From Candidatus Latescibacterota bacterium (GTDB lineage Bacteria; Latescibacterota; UBA2968; UBA8231): DNA of 64,000 nt. Positions 1 through 11,589 of this stretch are shown here, one piece after another. Below the pieces are notes generated by a model. That model did no database searches. It was not told where the DNA came from and worked only from the letters and a program-made list of their open reading frames with translations. The DNA lies in assembly GCA_965219385.1 (NCBI GenBank), contig CBDCNM010000001.1, forward strand, positions 1,104,631 to 1,168,630, in the 5' to 3' direction. The number at the start of each line of letters is the position of its first letter. Position 1 is the stretch's first letter. The translations under genes and the position numbers were made by a program.

Positions 1-66
1 TGTCCTCTCAACTTGCCCCTCCCGTCCTCGAGGTCCAAATAGTTACGGGTATTTCGTGAAGTACTG
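1..66. mobile_element. MITE family A, partial copy (right end only; truncated by window start)
   Basis: CCCCTCCCGTCCTCGAGGTCCAAATAGTTACGGGTATTTCGTGAAGTACTG closely matches the right ends of the full copies at 26695-26882 and 48446-48689. Confidence 0.75.
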
Positions 67-96
67 ACAACACCCACAGACCATGCCGGTTCCTTT

Positions 97-1263
97 TCAA
101 CCCGTGCTGCCCCACTTGTATTTTTTCTCCTTCCAGCTGAATCTTCCCAGACTGCCCAGAATCCCCACCACTACCACGTAGTAAGGCTGTGTCAGGGTCC
201 ACAGGGGAAAGCAGCCCAGCAAATCCCGCCGTCCGAATATTTGCATGGACCTGTATACCAGGATGATTTCGGCGCACACCTTGGCCCCCCAGCAACCCCC
301 GGCCCAAACCACTCCCAAGCCTCCCCCCAACACCATGACCGGAGATAGAGCCAGGAGCGAATTCATGATAAACGCACTGGCCAGATAGCTAAAAAAAAGC
401 GGATCCAGGTAGATCTGGTAAGGGGCGTTTGAAGCCCAGCGCAGGCGCTGGCTGAGCAAATCCCGCCAGGAACCAGAGGCCGGGTGGACTACAAAGGTTT
501 CGGGCGCGGTAGCGAACACCATCTCCCAACGCTTCGTGCGCCGGATCAGCTGTAAAAGAAGAACATCGTCTCCCGAGGTCCTGTGGCGGACCTTTTCGTA
601 GCCCCCGACCTCGTGAAAGGCCGCCTTGCGATAGGCCAGATTCTGACTGGAAGCCCCCATGGGACGGCCCCGGCCGACACTGCCCGCGGCACAGCCCATG
701 AGGCAGAGAAAGTCCATCCCTTCCCACCCCGTTCTGGCGTTCACAACATCCCCCGGAGTGCCTATCTGTGAAAACCCGGCGACCATGCCCACCCCCTCGC
801 TGAAACAATCTACCATCCCCTGGACCCAGGTTGGAGGCAGGCGACAATCGGCATCCGTGGTCAGGATAATCTCTCCCCGGGCAGCCGCAACTCCCAGGCT
901 CAAGGCATCCTTTTTTGACCCCCCGATGCCCCCACCGGCACTCAACAGCCGCACCCCGTTCCCCGATCCAGCTCTGCGGCGAACAATCCGTGCCGTGGAG
1001 TCCGTGGAACCATCGTCCACCACAATGACTTCGCAAGCCTCCGCAGGATAGGTCTGGACCGCTAAGTCATCGAGGCAGGCACCGATGTGATCGGCTTCGT
1101 TGCGCGCGGCTACGATGATTGAAACCTGGGGATTCGCCCCATCCCCCCGCCGGCACGGCTTCAAGCCCGTGGCAAACCATCCAAGGGCGAGGAGGTACAG
1201 AGCCGTACACACCCCGAGCAGGAGATCGAAATAGGCTTGGAAGCTCTCCAGAAACTGCGCCAT
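97..1263 (-). CDS. Glycosyltransferase family 2, membrane-associated
   Basis: N-terminal TM, VSIIVAARNE, VIVVDDGSTD, TTDADC (DxD), SGDD, QRLRW, C-terminal TMs. Confidence 0.92.
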   Translation of the reverse strand: MAQFLESFQAYFDLLLGVCTALYLLALGWFATGLKPCRRGDGANPQVSIIVAARNEADHIGACLDDLAVQTYPAEACEVIVVDDGSTDSTARIVRRRAGSGNGVRLLSAGGGIGGSKKDALSLGVAAARGEIILTTDADCRLPPTWVQGMVDCFSEGVGMVAGFSQIGTPGDVVNARTGWEGMDFLCLMGCAAGSVGRGRPMGASSQNLAYRKAAFHEVGGYEKVRHRTSGDDVLLLQLIRRTKRWEMVFATAPETFVVHPASGSWRDLLSQRLRWASNAPYQIYLDPLFFSYLASAFIMNSLLALSPVMVLGGGLGVVWAGGCWGAKVCAEIILVYRSMQIFGRRDLLGCFPLWTLTQPYYVVVVGILGSLGRFSWKEKKYKWGSTG

Positions 1264-1290
1264 AGAAAAAAGGGGAAGGAAAAGGGGACT

Positions 1291-2370
1291 TCAACCTTTA
1301 ATTTCCTTGACCATCGAGAACATACCCCGGTAGCCCTCCGAACAATTCCGACACATGTCCACACTCGTGCGTCCGGCGAGGATTTGTCGGCGGAAGTCCA
1401 TATAGGTCCGCCCCTTCCAGATTTCCTTGAAGGAACTCGCCCCGGCAAAAGCCTGGCCCATTTCAAAGTCCACATCCTTGTCGAAACAACAAGGCGCCAC
1501 AGCTCCATTCCAATTGACCATAGAGCTGTACCAGAGGACCTTGCACCCCCGTGCGGGCTGCCCCTTGACCACCAATTCCGCTTTATCCGTACTTTCATAC
1601 CGCCGCAGTTCCTCTGTTTCGGGCAGAAAAATCTCGGCCTCTTTGGAGGTGTAGACCTGCGCGGTCTTTAGCAGAAATTTATCCGTGGGCGCCAGGAGTT
1701 CACCGGCGATGCGCTCGGCCTCGGCCAGGTCCTTCTCGTTGTGTTTCATCACGATAAACTGCAGGTTGATAAGCGGATGTCGAACCCCTGCCCGTTCTCT
1801 GGCCTCTACCAGTAAGCGAACCCCTTCAAAAACTCGCTCGATCTTGCCGCCTACCCGGTAGCGTTCGTAGGTCTCCTGATCCACCCCATCCAGGGAGACG
1901 ATGATCTCGTCCAGACCCGACTCGACTACTTCTCTGGCTTGTTCCTGGTTGCGGATATAGTGGCCATTGGTGCTGGTCAGGGTGGGAATCTTTTTGTCCC
2001 GGGCATAGCGAACCATTTCGCAAAAGCAGCGATTGATGAAGGGTTCCCCCTGATTCCACAGCATCAGGAGGATCAGATTCTCTCCAACCTCGTCAATGAG
2101 GGATTTGTAGGCATCCAGGTCCATTTTGCCCCGCGCCCGCGTCATCTGGCCATTGCCCGACGGGCACAGGGGACACTTCAAATTGCAAAAATTGGTCGGT
2201 TCGACCATGAGCATAAAGGGCTGTCCCCACACCACCGGCCGGCAGCTGAGCCAGGAGACCCCCATTGAACTTAGGACCTTAGTGAAGTTCCACAACCGCT
2301 TCCAGGAAAATGCATACCCGTACTGCCGGATATACCGGAATATAGATCTAGAAGAGCCAAGATAAGCCAT
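1291..2370 (-). CDS. Radical SAM protein with SPASM/twitch domain
   Basis: CNLKCPLC (CxxxCxxC), WNQGEP, C-terminal C...PCC...CRNC cysteines. Start placed at ATG 2370 after an AAAGGA SD; the ORF extends to 2388. Confidence 0.9.
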   Translation of the reverse strand: MAYLGSSRSIFRYIRQYGYAFSWKRLWNFTKVLSSMGVSWLSCRPVVWGQPFMLMVEPTNFCNLKCPLCPSGNGQMTRARGKMDLDAYKSLIDEVGENLILLMLWNQGEPFINRCFCEMVRYARDKKIPTLTSTNGHYIRNQEQAREVVESGLDEIIVSLDGVDQETYERYRVGGKIERVFEGVRLLVEARERAGVRHPLINLQFIVMKHNEKDLAEAERIAGELLAPTDKFLLKTAQVYTSKEAEIFLPETEELRRYESTDKAELVVKGQPARGCKVLWYSSMVNWNGAVAPCCFDKDVDFEMGQAFAGASSFKEIWKGRTYMDFRRQILAGRTSVDMCRNCSEGYRGMFSMVKEIKG

Positions 2371-2597
2371 GAACATTCCTTTCCGCATCCCGGGGATTTC
2401 CTCATTGTTTCCAGCGAAACCACCCCAGGCGCCCCATCACCGTGAACATCAAAACATAGGGAATATAACAAATCTAGAAGAGCCAAGATAAGCCATGAAC
2501 ATTCCTTTCCGCATCCCGGGGATTTCCTCATTGTTTCCAGCGAAACCACCCCAGGCGCCCCATCACCGTGAACATCAAAACATAGGGAATATAACAA
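2346..2597. repeat. Perfect 126-bp tandem duplication (2 copies)
   Basis: 2346-2471 is identical to 2472-2597 and spans the GT2 3' end, the intergenic spacer and the rSAM 5' end. Confidence 0.95.
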
Positions 2598-3628
2598 AGT
2601 TCCAGCAAAGGCAAAAAGGACAAGAGGCGGCGCTCCTGGCGGAGAAACATAAAACCTATCAACAAAGCGAAATCGCCCGAAAACCGGAGCCCCCAGATCC
2701 CCATCAGGAGCCCGTTCCAGTCACCCTCTACCACCATGCGGATCAGACCGGCGGCCAGCACCAGGTGGAATAAGTACACCCATAGAGCCAGAACCTGAGC
2801 CATTCCCCTGTAGTTTCCGGCCTTGGCCGCATGCCGCAATTTCTGCTGCGCGATTTCGCTCCAGCTCCGCGGCCCTGGTCGGCAGGCAACGGCTGCTTCT
2901 GGTTCCCGATTGTAGACCATCTTCCAGGCGGTTCGCTCCCCCACCAGCCGCATGAAGTACACGTCGTCACCGCCGATGAGGTGTCCAATGGATTTAAACC
3001 CTTCGACCTCGTGGTAGACCTGACGACGGTAGGCCAGGTTGCGTCCGGTGCAGGCCAGCGGCCGTCCCATACCCATACTACCTGCGCTCAGGGCCCCCAC
3101 CGCAATATTGTCCAGGGCCAGCAGATCCTGTCGCCAGGTGCAGCCCTCCTCGGGAAAGGCGTAACCTGCCACCAATCCTGTATCTGGGGCAAATTTATTC
3201 GCCATTGAACCAACCCAGGTGCGAGGAGGACGACAATCCGCATCCGTGAACAGCAACACTTCCCCGGAACTGGCTTCTATCCCCTGGGCAAGGGCGCTTT
3301 TCTTGGGGCACTTGAATTGCAGGTCCGAACGCGCTCTGACCAGTTTCAAGCCGTCGAACTTGTGCTCCAGCACCCGCTCGACCGTGTCGTCCTCGGAGCG
3401 GTCATCCACCACGATCACCTCGAATTCGCCCTCGTATTCTTGCTCTTTGAGGGCCTGGGCACACCCTCCTATTGAAGCAGCTTCATTGCGCGCTGCAACC
3501 ACGATGCTGACACTGGGCTTGTGGCCGTTTGACAGCGGGATCCGACGGCGCAAACCGATCGACAACCACACCAGGGCGATCAGGTACACCCCCCCTGAAC
3601 CGGCCAGAAGCAGATCGAATAAACCCAT
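2528..3628 (-). CDS. Glycosyltransferase family 2, membrane-associated (paralog of 97-1263)
   Basis: VSIVVAARNE, VVDDRSED, FTDADC, GGDD, QKLRH motifs. Confidence 0.92.
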   Translation of the reverse strand: MGLFDLLLAGSGGVYLIALVWLSIGLRRRIPLSNGHKPSVSIVVAARNEAASIGGCAQALKEQEYEGEFEVIVVDDRSEDDTVERVLEHKFDGLKLVRARSDLQFKCPKKSALAQGIEASSGEVLLFTDADCRPPRTWVGSMANKFAPDTGLVAGYAFPEEGCTWRQDLLALDNIAVGALSAGSMGMGRPLACTGRNLAYRRQVYHEVEGFKSIGHLIGGDDVYFMRLVGERTAWKMVYNREPEAAVACRPGPRSWSEIAQQKLRHAAKAGNYRGMAQVLALWVYLFHLVLAAGLIRMVVEGDWNGLLMGIWGLRFSGDFALLIGFMFLRQERRLLSFLPLLELCYIPYVLMFTVMGRLGWFRWKQ

Positions 3629-3640
3629 GCTCAATGGTTT

Positions 3641-5400
3641 TCAAAAATAACCGTAGCGCAGATCAAAAGAAAAATGCTGCTGCCGACCATCTCCGTACCC
3701 CGAGCGGTTTTTCAGGGCCACGTTCGGCCCCCATCTCGGAGGCAGGGGTACATGATCGCCCCATTCGAGCCTGTAACCCGTCTCCAGCCGCAATTGCGGC
3801 CAGACCCGCCAGGTCATGCGCCCTCCGATCTCGGTCCACCTGCTCACCACGCCGTCCAGGAACTGCTTGGTTTCGGTTTCGTCGCCGGCTCGTCTACCTA
3901 AATGCAGATCCCCCCCGACGTTGCGGATACTGCCGTCCGCCCGCACCTCGTTATCGCCGTGTCGGGTGCGGCTCAACTCTACAGTGGCCTCCAGGTTCCG
4001 GGTAAAACGCCGCTTTAAACCCAGGCGCCAGCGATCGCTGTTGGGACCCAGTACATGCCCAAGGGGCGCGGTGAAATGCCTGAAGGTGTTGATGGGGATT
4101 TTGTGGGTAAACACCCAAGGCTCAAGGCGCACGTATTCCATCCGCAAATCCGCGTCTCTCAACCTTAAAGGGTCCACCCAGAGCAATCCTGCCTGCAGCG
4201 AGAACTTGTTGACAAAATCATCCGAGAAGATCCGCAGTTTTCTCATATCGTCAATCACGTAGGCCAGGTACAGCCGGAGCCCTTTACCCGGGTGGACGTC
4301 CAGATCCACCCCCATCATCAAATTGTCTTTGTCGCCCAGATAACTCTGAGCCGCCTGATAGGGCATGATGGGATTCAGGTAGGTGAGTTCCAGCCCGCGA
4401 TCACCGTATACCAGAACCTCCTGGAATCCCAGGTCGAGCCAGGTGGCCAGGGCAACCTCCAGGCGGTGGGCCGCAAGGTACTTTTCGCGCTCCAGACGAC
4501 GACCGACGCCATGGACAATATAAGAGGTCGTGGAATCGAGCAACCCCCGGCACAAGGGGGTGTCGGTCCGATCTGGGCAGGGCCGCAAGACCCCGGCGAT
4601 GCCAACCAATTTAAACACCCCGTAGCGCGCCCTCAGCCGCAGCATGTCAAACGAAGGCGCATTGTTGCTGAGACCCAGATTATCATCTGGAGCCGGTCCC
4701 CAGGATACCACATCTTTGCCCAATTCCACTCTGAATAGAGGCAGTGAAAAAACCATATAGGCCTTGGCCTCATGATAGTCTGCCAGGGCGCCCTTGGGCT
4801 GGGGGAGTTCCAGGCGGCGCTCGAACACATCGTCCCTCAAAGTATAGCTGCGGCTTCCCTGCTCCCGGGTTTGTTCGAAGCTTACCCAAAACCCGATCCT
4901 GTCCTCGAAATAACCGCGCATACTCCCCCCTAGGCGCTGCCGGAAGATCTGCTCAGTTGCACCGCGGGTGCGCCCCTCGAACACGTCGGTTTGCTGGCGC
5001 ACCCGCAAGTCGGCCCAGAGTTCTCCTTGCTCGTGGGCGTAGCGCAACAGGGGCTGGCCATTCCCGAAGCGCTCGCCCATTGTTTCATACTCTGATCTAT
5101 CCCTTGCGCCCGGCCCCTTGATCTGATCCTGGAATTCCTCCAGCAAGAGCAGCAATTCCCGTTTTTCAATCCGGCTCAATCGCCTTCCCTTGTCCCCCTC
5201 GGCGGCGATGCTGGTCAGTGCACGGGCCATTTCCAGACGACTGAAGGGTTTTATGCCATCTCCCACTCCGTACAGGAACCCCTTGGCTTCAAAGCGTTCA
5301 ATAAACCCATAGCCCCAGTGATCCAGAGGCACGTTTACCGAATTATCCCCCCGGCTTTCGCTGGCTGGGCCGACCCCTATCAGCAGGATAAAAACCCATC

Positions 5401-5422
<22 letters not shown>
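3641..5422 (-). CDS. Outer-membrane beta-barrel, capsule assembly Wzi-like protein
   Basis: Signal peptide, VPLDHWGYGFIERF N-terminus, WGP...LSNNAP, LGHxLGPNS and C-terminal aromatic YGYF. Start set at ATG 5422 to avoid overlap with eno. Confidence 0.7.
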
Positions 5423-6725
<1,303 letters not shown>

Positions 6726-6743
6726 ACCTGTCTAAGAGGGCTT

Positions 6744-8036
6744 CTAAGAGCGTTTGCCCTTTCTGTGTTCGGCAAACAGGCTTTCATTCTGTCCGGTAAT
6801 ACCGGAATAACGGACCAATGCGTACTCTATCCCCCTGATCAGCCGCAGGATCAATTGGCCCATCATCACGGCCCCCAGCAAGGCCAGGCCCACAGGGGCC
6901 GGTAGCACTTCCAGCAAAACTGCGGGTATAACCAGCGCCAGTTCATCCAGGTCCATCAGATAACCCATTTTCACATTGGCGCTTTTGAGCGCATTATTGC
7001 CCAAAAAGTGACGGATTACATACAGACTCCCCATTCGGGCGACTGGACGTGCGATGAGCAGCAGCAGGAGTACCCCAAAGAATATCCCCATATCCACTTC
7101 GCCCTGGATCAGCCCGTTGCCCAGAAGCCAGCCAGCGATAAAGAGCAGGCCTTTTTTTATACACCCGTGACCACGTTTTATGACCTCGAGCACGTCAAGG
7201 CGGCGCAGGGTCGCGTTCATCAACCAAATTCCAGCGACCAACCCGACCCACATTGGCTCCAGGCCGAGGCTGGCCGCCATACCGCTCCCCAGCAATAAGG
7301 TCCCTGCAAATAAGAAAAAGAGCTGTCCGGATTCCACATCTCTGGTCAGAAAATCTCCGGCCAGTCCAATCACAGCCCCCAGCACAAGGCTCCAGAACAA
7401 CTTGTCCACCAGACCCTCTACCATGATGCCCCTGCCCGTGGCAGCAAAGGAATGGTCTATCTGGAAGGTTACCTCATGCAGCTGGCTATTGCCCAAACCC
7501 GCCAACAAAATACCCAGATAAGTGGCCAGAGGAAGCTGCCAACTCCCTTTGCGCAATGGGGATTTACCCACTATTCCCTGTCTTATAAGAGAAGCCCCTC
7601 CCAACACGCATATGCCGCAGATTACCATCAGGGAAGATGTATCCACCGCTGGCTTGCCCGCTTGCAGAAGCTTCCAGGCCAGGAGAATCAGGCACGCGAC
7701 AAACCCGGCCTGGATCGCCTCCAACAGCAACGGCACAGGGGAATTGCGGCGCAACAACCTCAAGTCGAAGCCGCATCCCGCCACCAGTCCAAACCAACCG
7801 GCGAAAAATACCAGGACAAACCGGGTGCTCTCGGCAAACAGATCCTGCAGTGGGGCAAAAAAGCTACTGCCCCCCAGAATCCCCACGACCCCATAGTGCA
7901 GCCTGCCCTCCAGCAGGGCCTGGGGCGTTGCGGCCAAGCCCTCCCTGGCGCGTGCGGCTCGCACCAGCATATACAACCCTGCGATCAATGTCAATCCAAC
8001 CACAAACCGCCCTAGTTCTACCACAGCATAACCCAT
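6744..8036 (-). CDS. Polytopic membrane protein, possibly cation/H+ antiporter-like
   Basis: 430 aa with about 11-13 hydrophobic segments; the family assignment is tentative. Confidence 0.55.
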   Translation of the reverse strand: MGYAVVELGRFVVGLTLIAGLYMLVRAARAREGLAATPQALLEGRLHYGVVGILGGSSFFAPLQDLFAESTRFVLVFFAGWFGLVAGCGFDLRLLRRNSPVPLLLEAIQAGFVACLILLAWKLLQAGKPAVDTSSLMVICGICVLGGASLIRQGIVGKSPLRKGSWQLPLATYLGILLAGLGNSQLHEVTFQIDHSFAATGRGIMVEGLVDKLFWSLVLGAVIGLAGDFLTRDVESGQLFFLFAGTLLLGSGMAASLGLEPMWVGLVAGIWLMNATLRRLDVLEVIKRGHGCIKKGLLFIAGWLLGNGLIQGEVDMGIFFGVLLLLLIARPVARMGSLYVIRHFLGNNALKSANVKMGYLMDLDELALVIPAVLLEVLPAPVGLALLGAVMMGQLILRLIRGIEYALVRYSGITGQNESLFAEHRKGKRS

Positions 8037-8048
8037 TGCCGGTTGCCC

Positions 8049-8915
8049 TCAACTCACTTTCTCGCCCGTGTCCAGGTCCAGGTTGTCCAAGGTGGCAAAG
8101 TGATCGTCAAACCCGGACCTGAATGCCTCAAGTGCCTGTTCTCCCAAATGATCGGCCTGGTTCAAGAGGACGGGATCCGGAGGCAGAGGGCGGGCTACAG
8201 CTGCCATGGTATCCCACCTTTCCACGCTCCCCAGCCAGTCGCCCAGAAGTTTGCCAACCAGAGGCCTTGTACAATAACCCACCATGGATACAAGACCTTT
8301 TTTTCTGGTTGGACGGGTGTTGCCAGTCAGCTGGAAGATCCAGGGAAGCCGCCCAATCCATTTTTTTTGTGAATCAATCCCTTTGCTTATCTGGACCTCC
8401 TGCGCCTCTTCCCCGTAGAAGAGCTTGCCCACCGCGCCCAGCAACCCAGGGCCGTCCGGTCGCCGGGGGGGATAGTGTATGTTCACATCCCACAGAAAGT
8501 GTAGATCTTCCCTTTCCAGCAAATTGCAGTCGATCCCATGCTCCAGCCGCATATGCCAAAGATTCCGGCGGCTGGCGAAGCGTCCCGAAAGCCTCTGCAA
8601 AAACGCATCTATCCGGGCATTCACCCATGGATGCAAAGCTACATCGGTGTACAGGTGCAAAGCCCACCCCGCGACAAAGGCCCATTCGACCTCGTCCCGA
8701 GTTTCATCCCGGAGTGCGCGCAGAAAGTCCCCGGTATACTCGTGGTGCAGCCGTTCCGAAAAACGCCTGGGGGCCCCGGGGAAAAAACCTAAATCCGGAG
8801 CCACCGAGCCGGCCAGAAAAGCCGGCCACATGGGGTTGTCTGGAGCCGTTTCCCTGGGAAAAGTGCCCGGATAAACCCGTTGCGCCAGCCAAAGATGAAA
8901 AAAACTGCCTGCCAA
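8049..8915 (-). CDS. Zinc-dependent phospholipase C/P1-nuclease-fold protein
   Basis: N-terminal H, FLAGSVAPD, HH, GWALHLYTDVALHP, HMRLE metal-ligand pattern. Confidence 0.75.
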   Translation of the reverse strand: MAGSFFHLWLAQRVYPGTFPRETAPDNPMWPAFLAGSVAPDLGFFPGAPRRFSERLHHEYTGDFLRALRDETRDEVEWAFVAGWALHLYTDVALHPWVNARIDAFLQRLSGRFASRRNLWHMRLEHGIDCNLLEREDLHFLWDVNIHYPPRRPDGPGLLGAVGKLFYGEEAQEVQISKGIDSQKKWIGRLPWIFQLTGNTRPTRKKGLVSMVGYCTRPLVGKLLGDWLGSVERWDTMAAVARPLPPDPVLLNQADHLGEQALEAFRSGFDDHFATLDNLDLDTGEKVS

Positions 8916-8963
8916 GTCCGTTCTTCCCCACCAGGCGGATTTTCCGCTCAGGCTTTCATTAAG

Positions 8964-9095
8964 AGCCTATACGAAAATCCCCACCTGGACTGCGAGCAGG
9001 GCGGCCGGGACTGCGAGCAGGCGCAGCAGGCGAGGTGGTGACCCACGCCCCTTCTCGCTCGCTCTCGGGCCGCAGAGCGAATTTCCGTATGGACT
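8964..9095. mobile_element. Putative MITE family C (132 bp)
   Basis: Imperfect 15-bp terminal inverted repeats (AGCCTATACGAAAAT / ATTTCCGTATGGACT, 12/15) flanked by a TAAG direct repeat; internal 14-bp direct repeat GGACTGCGAGCAGG. Confidence 0.5.
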
Positions 9096-9112
9096 TAAGA
9101 AGCCGTCCAGGC

Positions 9113-9550
9113 TCAAAAAGGGAGATCGTCTTCTTCCTGCTGGGGAGGCTGAGACGGCCCCTCTTCCATGGCGGCTGGGCCAGGATCGCCGGCCCCACCC
9201 CCCGAGTCTCCGCGACTGTCCAGCATCTGCATGTCGTTGACCACGACCTCCGTGGTATACCGCTTCTGCCCATTTTGGTCGTCCCAGGAACGCGTCTGCA
9301 GTTTGCCCTCGACATAGAGCTTGCTGCCTTTTTTAAGGTACTGCCCGGCAATTTCGGCCAGTCTGCGCCACAGAACCAGACGATGCCATTCGGTCCGCTC
9401 CTGGCGTTCCCCACTGGTCTTGTCCGACCAGGATTCAGTCGTAGCTAGGCTAAAATTGACCACCGGCACTCCGCTGGGTGTATATTTTACTTCGGGATCG
9501 GATCCCAGATTGCCGATCAGGATGACTTTGTTGACCCCGCCACGAGACAT
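9113..9550 (-). CDS. ssb: Single-stranded DNA-binding protein
   Basis: [25 protein letters not shown], acidic DDLPF tail. Confidence 0.98.
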   Translation of the reverse strand: MSRGGVNKVILIGNLGSDPEVKYTPSGVPVVNFSLATTESWSDKTSGERQERTEWHRLVLWRRLAEIAGQYLKKGSKLYVEGKLQTRSWDDQNGQKRYTTEVVVNDMQMLDSRGDSGGGAGDPGPAAMEEGPSQPPQQEEDDLPF

Positions 9551-9792
9551 AAATGCGCTCCTTTCGATGATTCCAGATCCAAGATCTGCCTACAATCCTA
9601 GTTTTTACTCATGTAGCTCATATCTTAATAACTGTCCCCCGGTGCAGTCAAGTTACACGAAACCGTCGAGCGCCTCCGGACCCTGCAGGATTTCTCTCAG
9701 ATTCTCCATTCAGGCTGTCCTATCAGACCCTCAGGTCGTTCTACCCGGGCGATTTCGGGAATCCGAAACTACAGGTTAATACATTATTTTTC

Positions 9793-9821
9793 TTGACTTT
9801 CCAGTCCCTCTTACTTATCCT
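9793..9821 (+). promoter_or_regulatory. Sigma-70-type promoter upstream of ftsA
   Basis: TTGACT-17 bp-TATCCT. Confidence 0.45.
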
Positions 9822-10008
9822 AAGGAAGTAGACTCTGACGGCTCTTTCGATACAGGTTCTCCCGCCTGTTTAAGAAGCCTTCTAAAGGGTTGTTATAGAT
9901 TTTCACCAGCAATGTAGTCGTTTCTTTCGACACCACTGCCCTGCTGGAATCACCTTCCCTCCTTGCAGACTCCTCTCAGAAACCTCTTCTTAGGCGATAA
10001 GCCCGACT

Positions 10009-11223
10009 ATGGTAGGATCTCCAATTGTAGTCCTGGACATAGGCACTTCCAAAGTGCTTTGTCTGGTAGGTGAAATCCAGGCGGATGAAAGACTCAAAAT
10101 CCTGGGTATGGGCAGCAGTCCCTGCTCTGGTCTGCGCCGCAGCACAGTCATTGATATGCCCAAGGTGGTACAAGCCATCCACAGTGCCACCAGTGAAGCG
10201 GGACGCACGGCAGGGCTGAAAATAACAGGGGCCTTTGTAGGCCTGGCCGGCGAAGATATTTCCGCTCGTACCAGCCGCAGTACCGTAGCTATTTCGGGCA
10301 CCTCTAACCCTATTGACGAAGAAGATGTTCGGAGAGCTCTGGCAACCGCGGAACAAGCCTCTCCTCCAAGCAACTCCACTGTCCTGCACCGCTTTGTGCA
10401 AAGCTATGCCGTAGACGGCGAGCTTGTTCAGAACCCGCTGTGGCTCCACGGCAATAGGTTGGAAGTCGAATCCTTGAGCCTAACAGCGTCCGGGGCCGCC
10501 TGCACCACGCTCCAGAGAGCGGCAACCGAAGCCGGTATTGAAATCGCCGGTTTCATCTTCGAGACCGTTGCCGCGGCTGCGGCTGTATCCTCGCTCGACG
10601 AACGCGAAATGGGTGCCGGGATCCTGGATATTGGAGCGGGGACTTCGGACCTAGCTCTCTTCTATGGCCCTCTCCGTCACGTTGCGGAGATCCCCTTTGG
10701 TGGAGACGACATAACCAAGGATCTGTCCATTGTCCTGAGCATGTCCCCCCGGGAAGTCGAGCAGCTAAAAGAGGATTACGGCCGCGTGTGCTGTCCCCCC
10801 GAAGATGCGGATAATACGGTGACCTTCCGCACCACGGCAGGACGCAGTTATACCATCACCCAGCAACAGCTAAGCGCTATCATCGAAGCCCGGCAACAAG
10901 AAATCCTCGAGTTCGTCCGCCTGGAACTGGAACGCAACCACTATGGCCAGATGCTGGCGGCAGGTTTGATTTTTACCGGTGGGGGCACCCTCCTGCAAAA
11001 CATTGTCCAGCTAGGTGAAGAAGTTCTGGGGCTACCTGTGCGGATTGGCACTCCCCAGAACATCATTTCTTCCGAAGCGGTTCAGGATCCTCGCTTTGCC
11101 ACCGCCATTGGTTTGCTGCGTTTTGCCATGGATGAGCACGCCCAGGAGGCCGGCTATATACAACCTTTTTCCTCAAGCGAGACCCTTCTGGACAAAATCA
11201 GCAGGATTTTCAGCTTCCTCTAA
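10009..11223 (+). CDS. ftsA: Cell division protein FtsA (actin-like ATPase)
   Basis: LDIGTSKV, DIGAGTSD, PFGGDDITKDL, LIFTGGG, PVRIG..DPRFATAIGL, amphipathic C-terminal helix LLDKISRIFSFL. Confidence 0.9.
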   Translation: MVGSPIVVLDIGTSKVLCLVGEIQADERLKILGMGSSPCSGLRRSTVIDMPKVVQAIHSATSEAGRTAGLKITGAFVGLAGEDISARTSRSTVAISGTSNPIDEEDVRRALATAEQASPPSNSTVLHRFVQSYAVDGELVQNPLWLHGNRLEVESLSLTASGAACTTLQRAATEAGIEIAGFIFETVAAAAAVSSLDEREMGAGILDIGAGTSDLALFYGPLRHVAEIPFGGDDITKDLSIVLSMSPREVEQLKEDYGRVCCPPEDADNTVTFRTTAGRSYTITQQQLSAIIEARQQEILEFVRLELERNHYGQMLAAGLIFTGGGTLLQNIVQLGEEVLGLPVRIGTPQNIISSEAVQDPRFATAIGLLRFAMDEHAQEAGYIQPFSSSETLLDKISRIFSFL

Positions 11224-11252
11224 AACCTTCTGCCAGACCTTGTGCTACGGGC

Positions 11253-11281
11253 TTGACAGCCCTTTGTTCAGGGACTATATT
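11253..11281 (+). promoter_or_regulatory. Sigma-70 promoter of tRNA-Thr
   Basis: TTGACA-17 bp-TATATT about 33 nt upstream of the tRNA. Confidence 0.7.
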
Positions 11282-11314
11282 TTATCTACAACTTGCTGAC
11301 ATGCAATGAGTTAC

Positions 11315-11387
11315 GCCACCCTAGCTCAGCTGGTAGAGCAACTCACTCGTAATGAGTAGGTCGCCGGTTCGACTCCGGCGGGTGGCT
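11315..11387 (+). tRNA. tRNA-Thr (anticodon CGT); CCA not encoded
   Basis: Acceptor stem GCCACCC/GGGTGGC, D-arm AGCTCAGCTGGTAGAGC, anticodon arm ACTCA-CTCGTAA-TGAGT, T-loop GGTTCGACTCC; followed by CCG. Confidence 0.96.
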
Positions 11388-11395
11388 CCGGTTAT

Positions 11396-11432
11396 TGCAA
11401 GGCACCTGGATTTACTTTCCAGGTGCCTTGCA
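11396..11432 (+). terminator. 15-bp stem hairpin downstream of the tRNA
   Basis: TGCAAGGCACCTGGA / TCCAGGTGCCTTGCA perfect inverted repeat; weak U-tract. Confidence 0.6.
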
Positions 11433-11493
11433 GTTGTTGGCAACCTCCAACCTGCAGGGTTTGCCGTTCACCTCATTTTTTCTTTTCTTGATG

Positions 11494-11531
11494 CGGGTTT
11501 TTTAGTCTTGTCCGGGTTTTTTAGTCTTGTC
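11494..11531. repeat. 19-bp tandem duplication
   Basis: CGGGTTTTTTAGTCTTGTC x2. Confidence 0.85.
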
Positions 11532-11589
11532 AAGGAAAAGGAAGAAACTCAGAAATGGACTTTGGCGAAGGCGATGGTTAGGTCGGTGC

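Noticed and set aside
2271..2597. 108-aa ORF with an internal repeat
   Set aside because: By-product of the 126-bp duplication read in a non-coding frame
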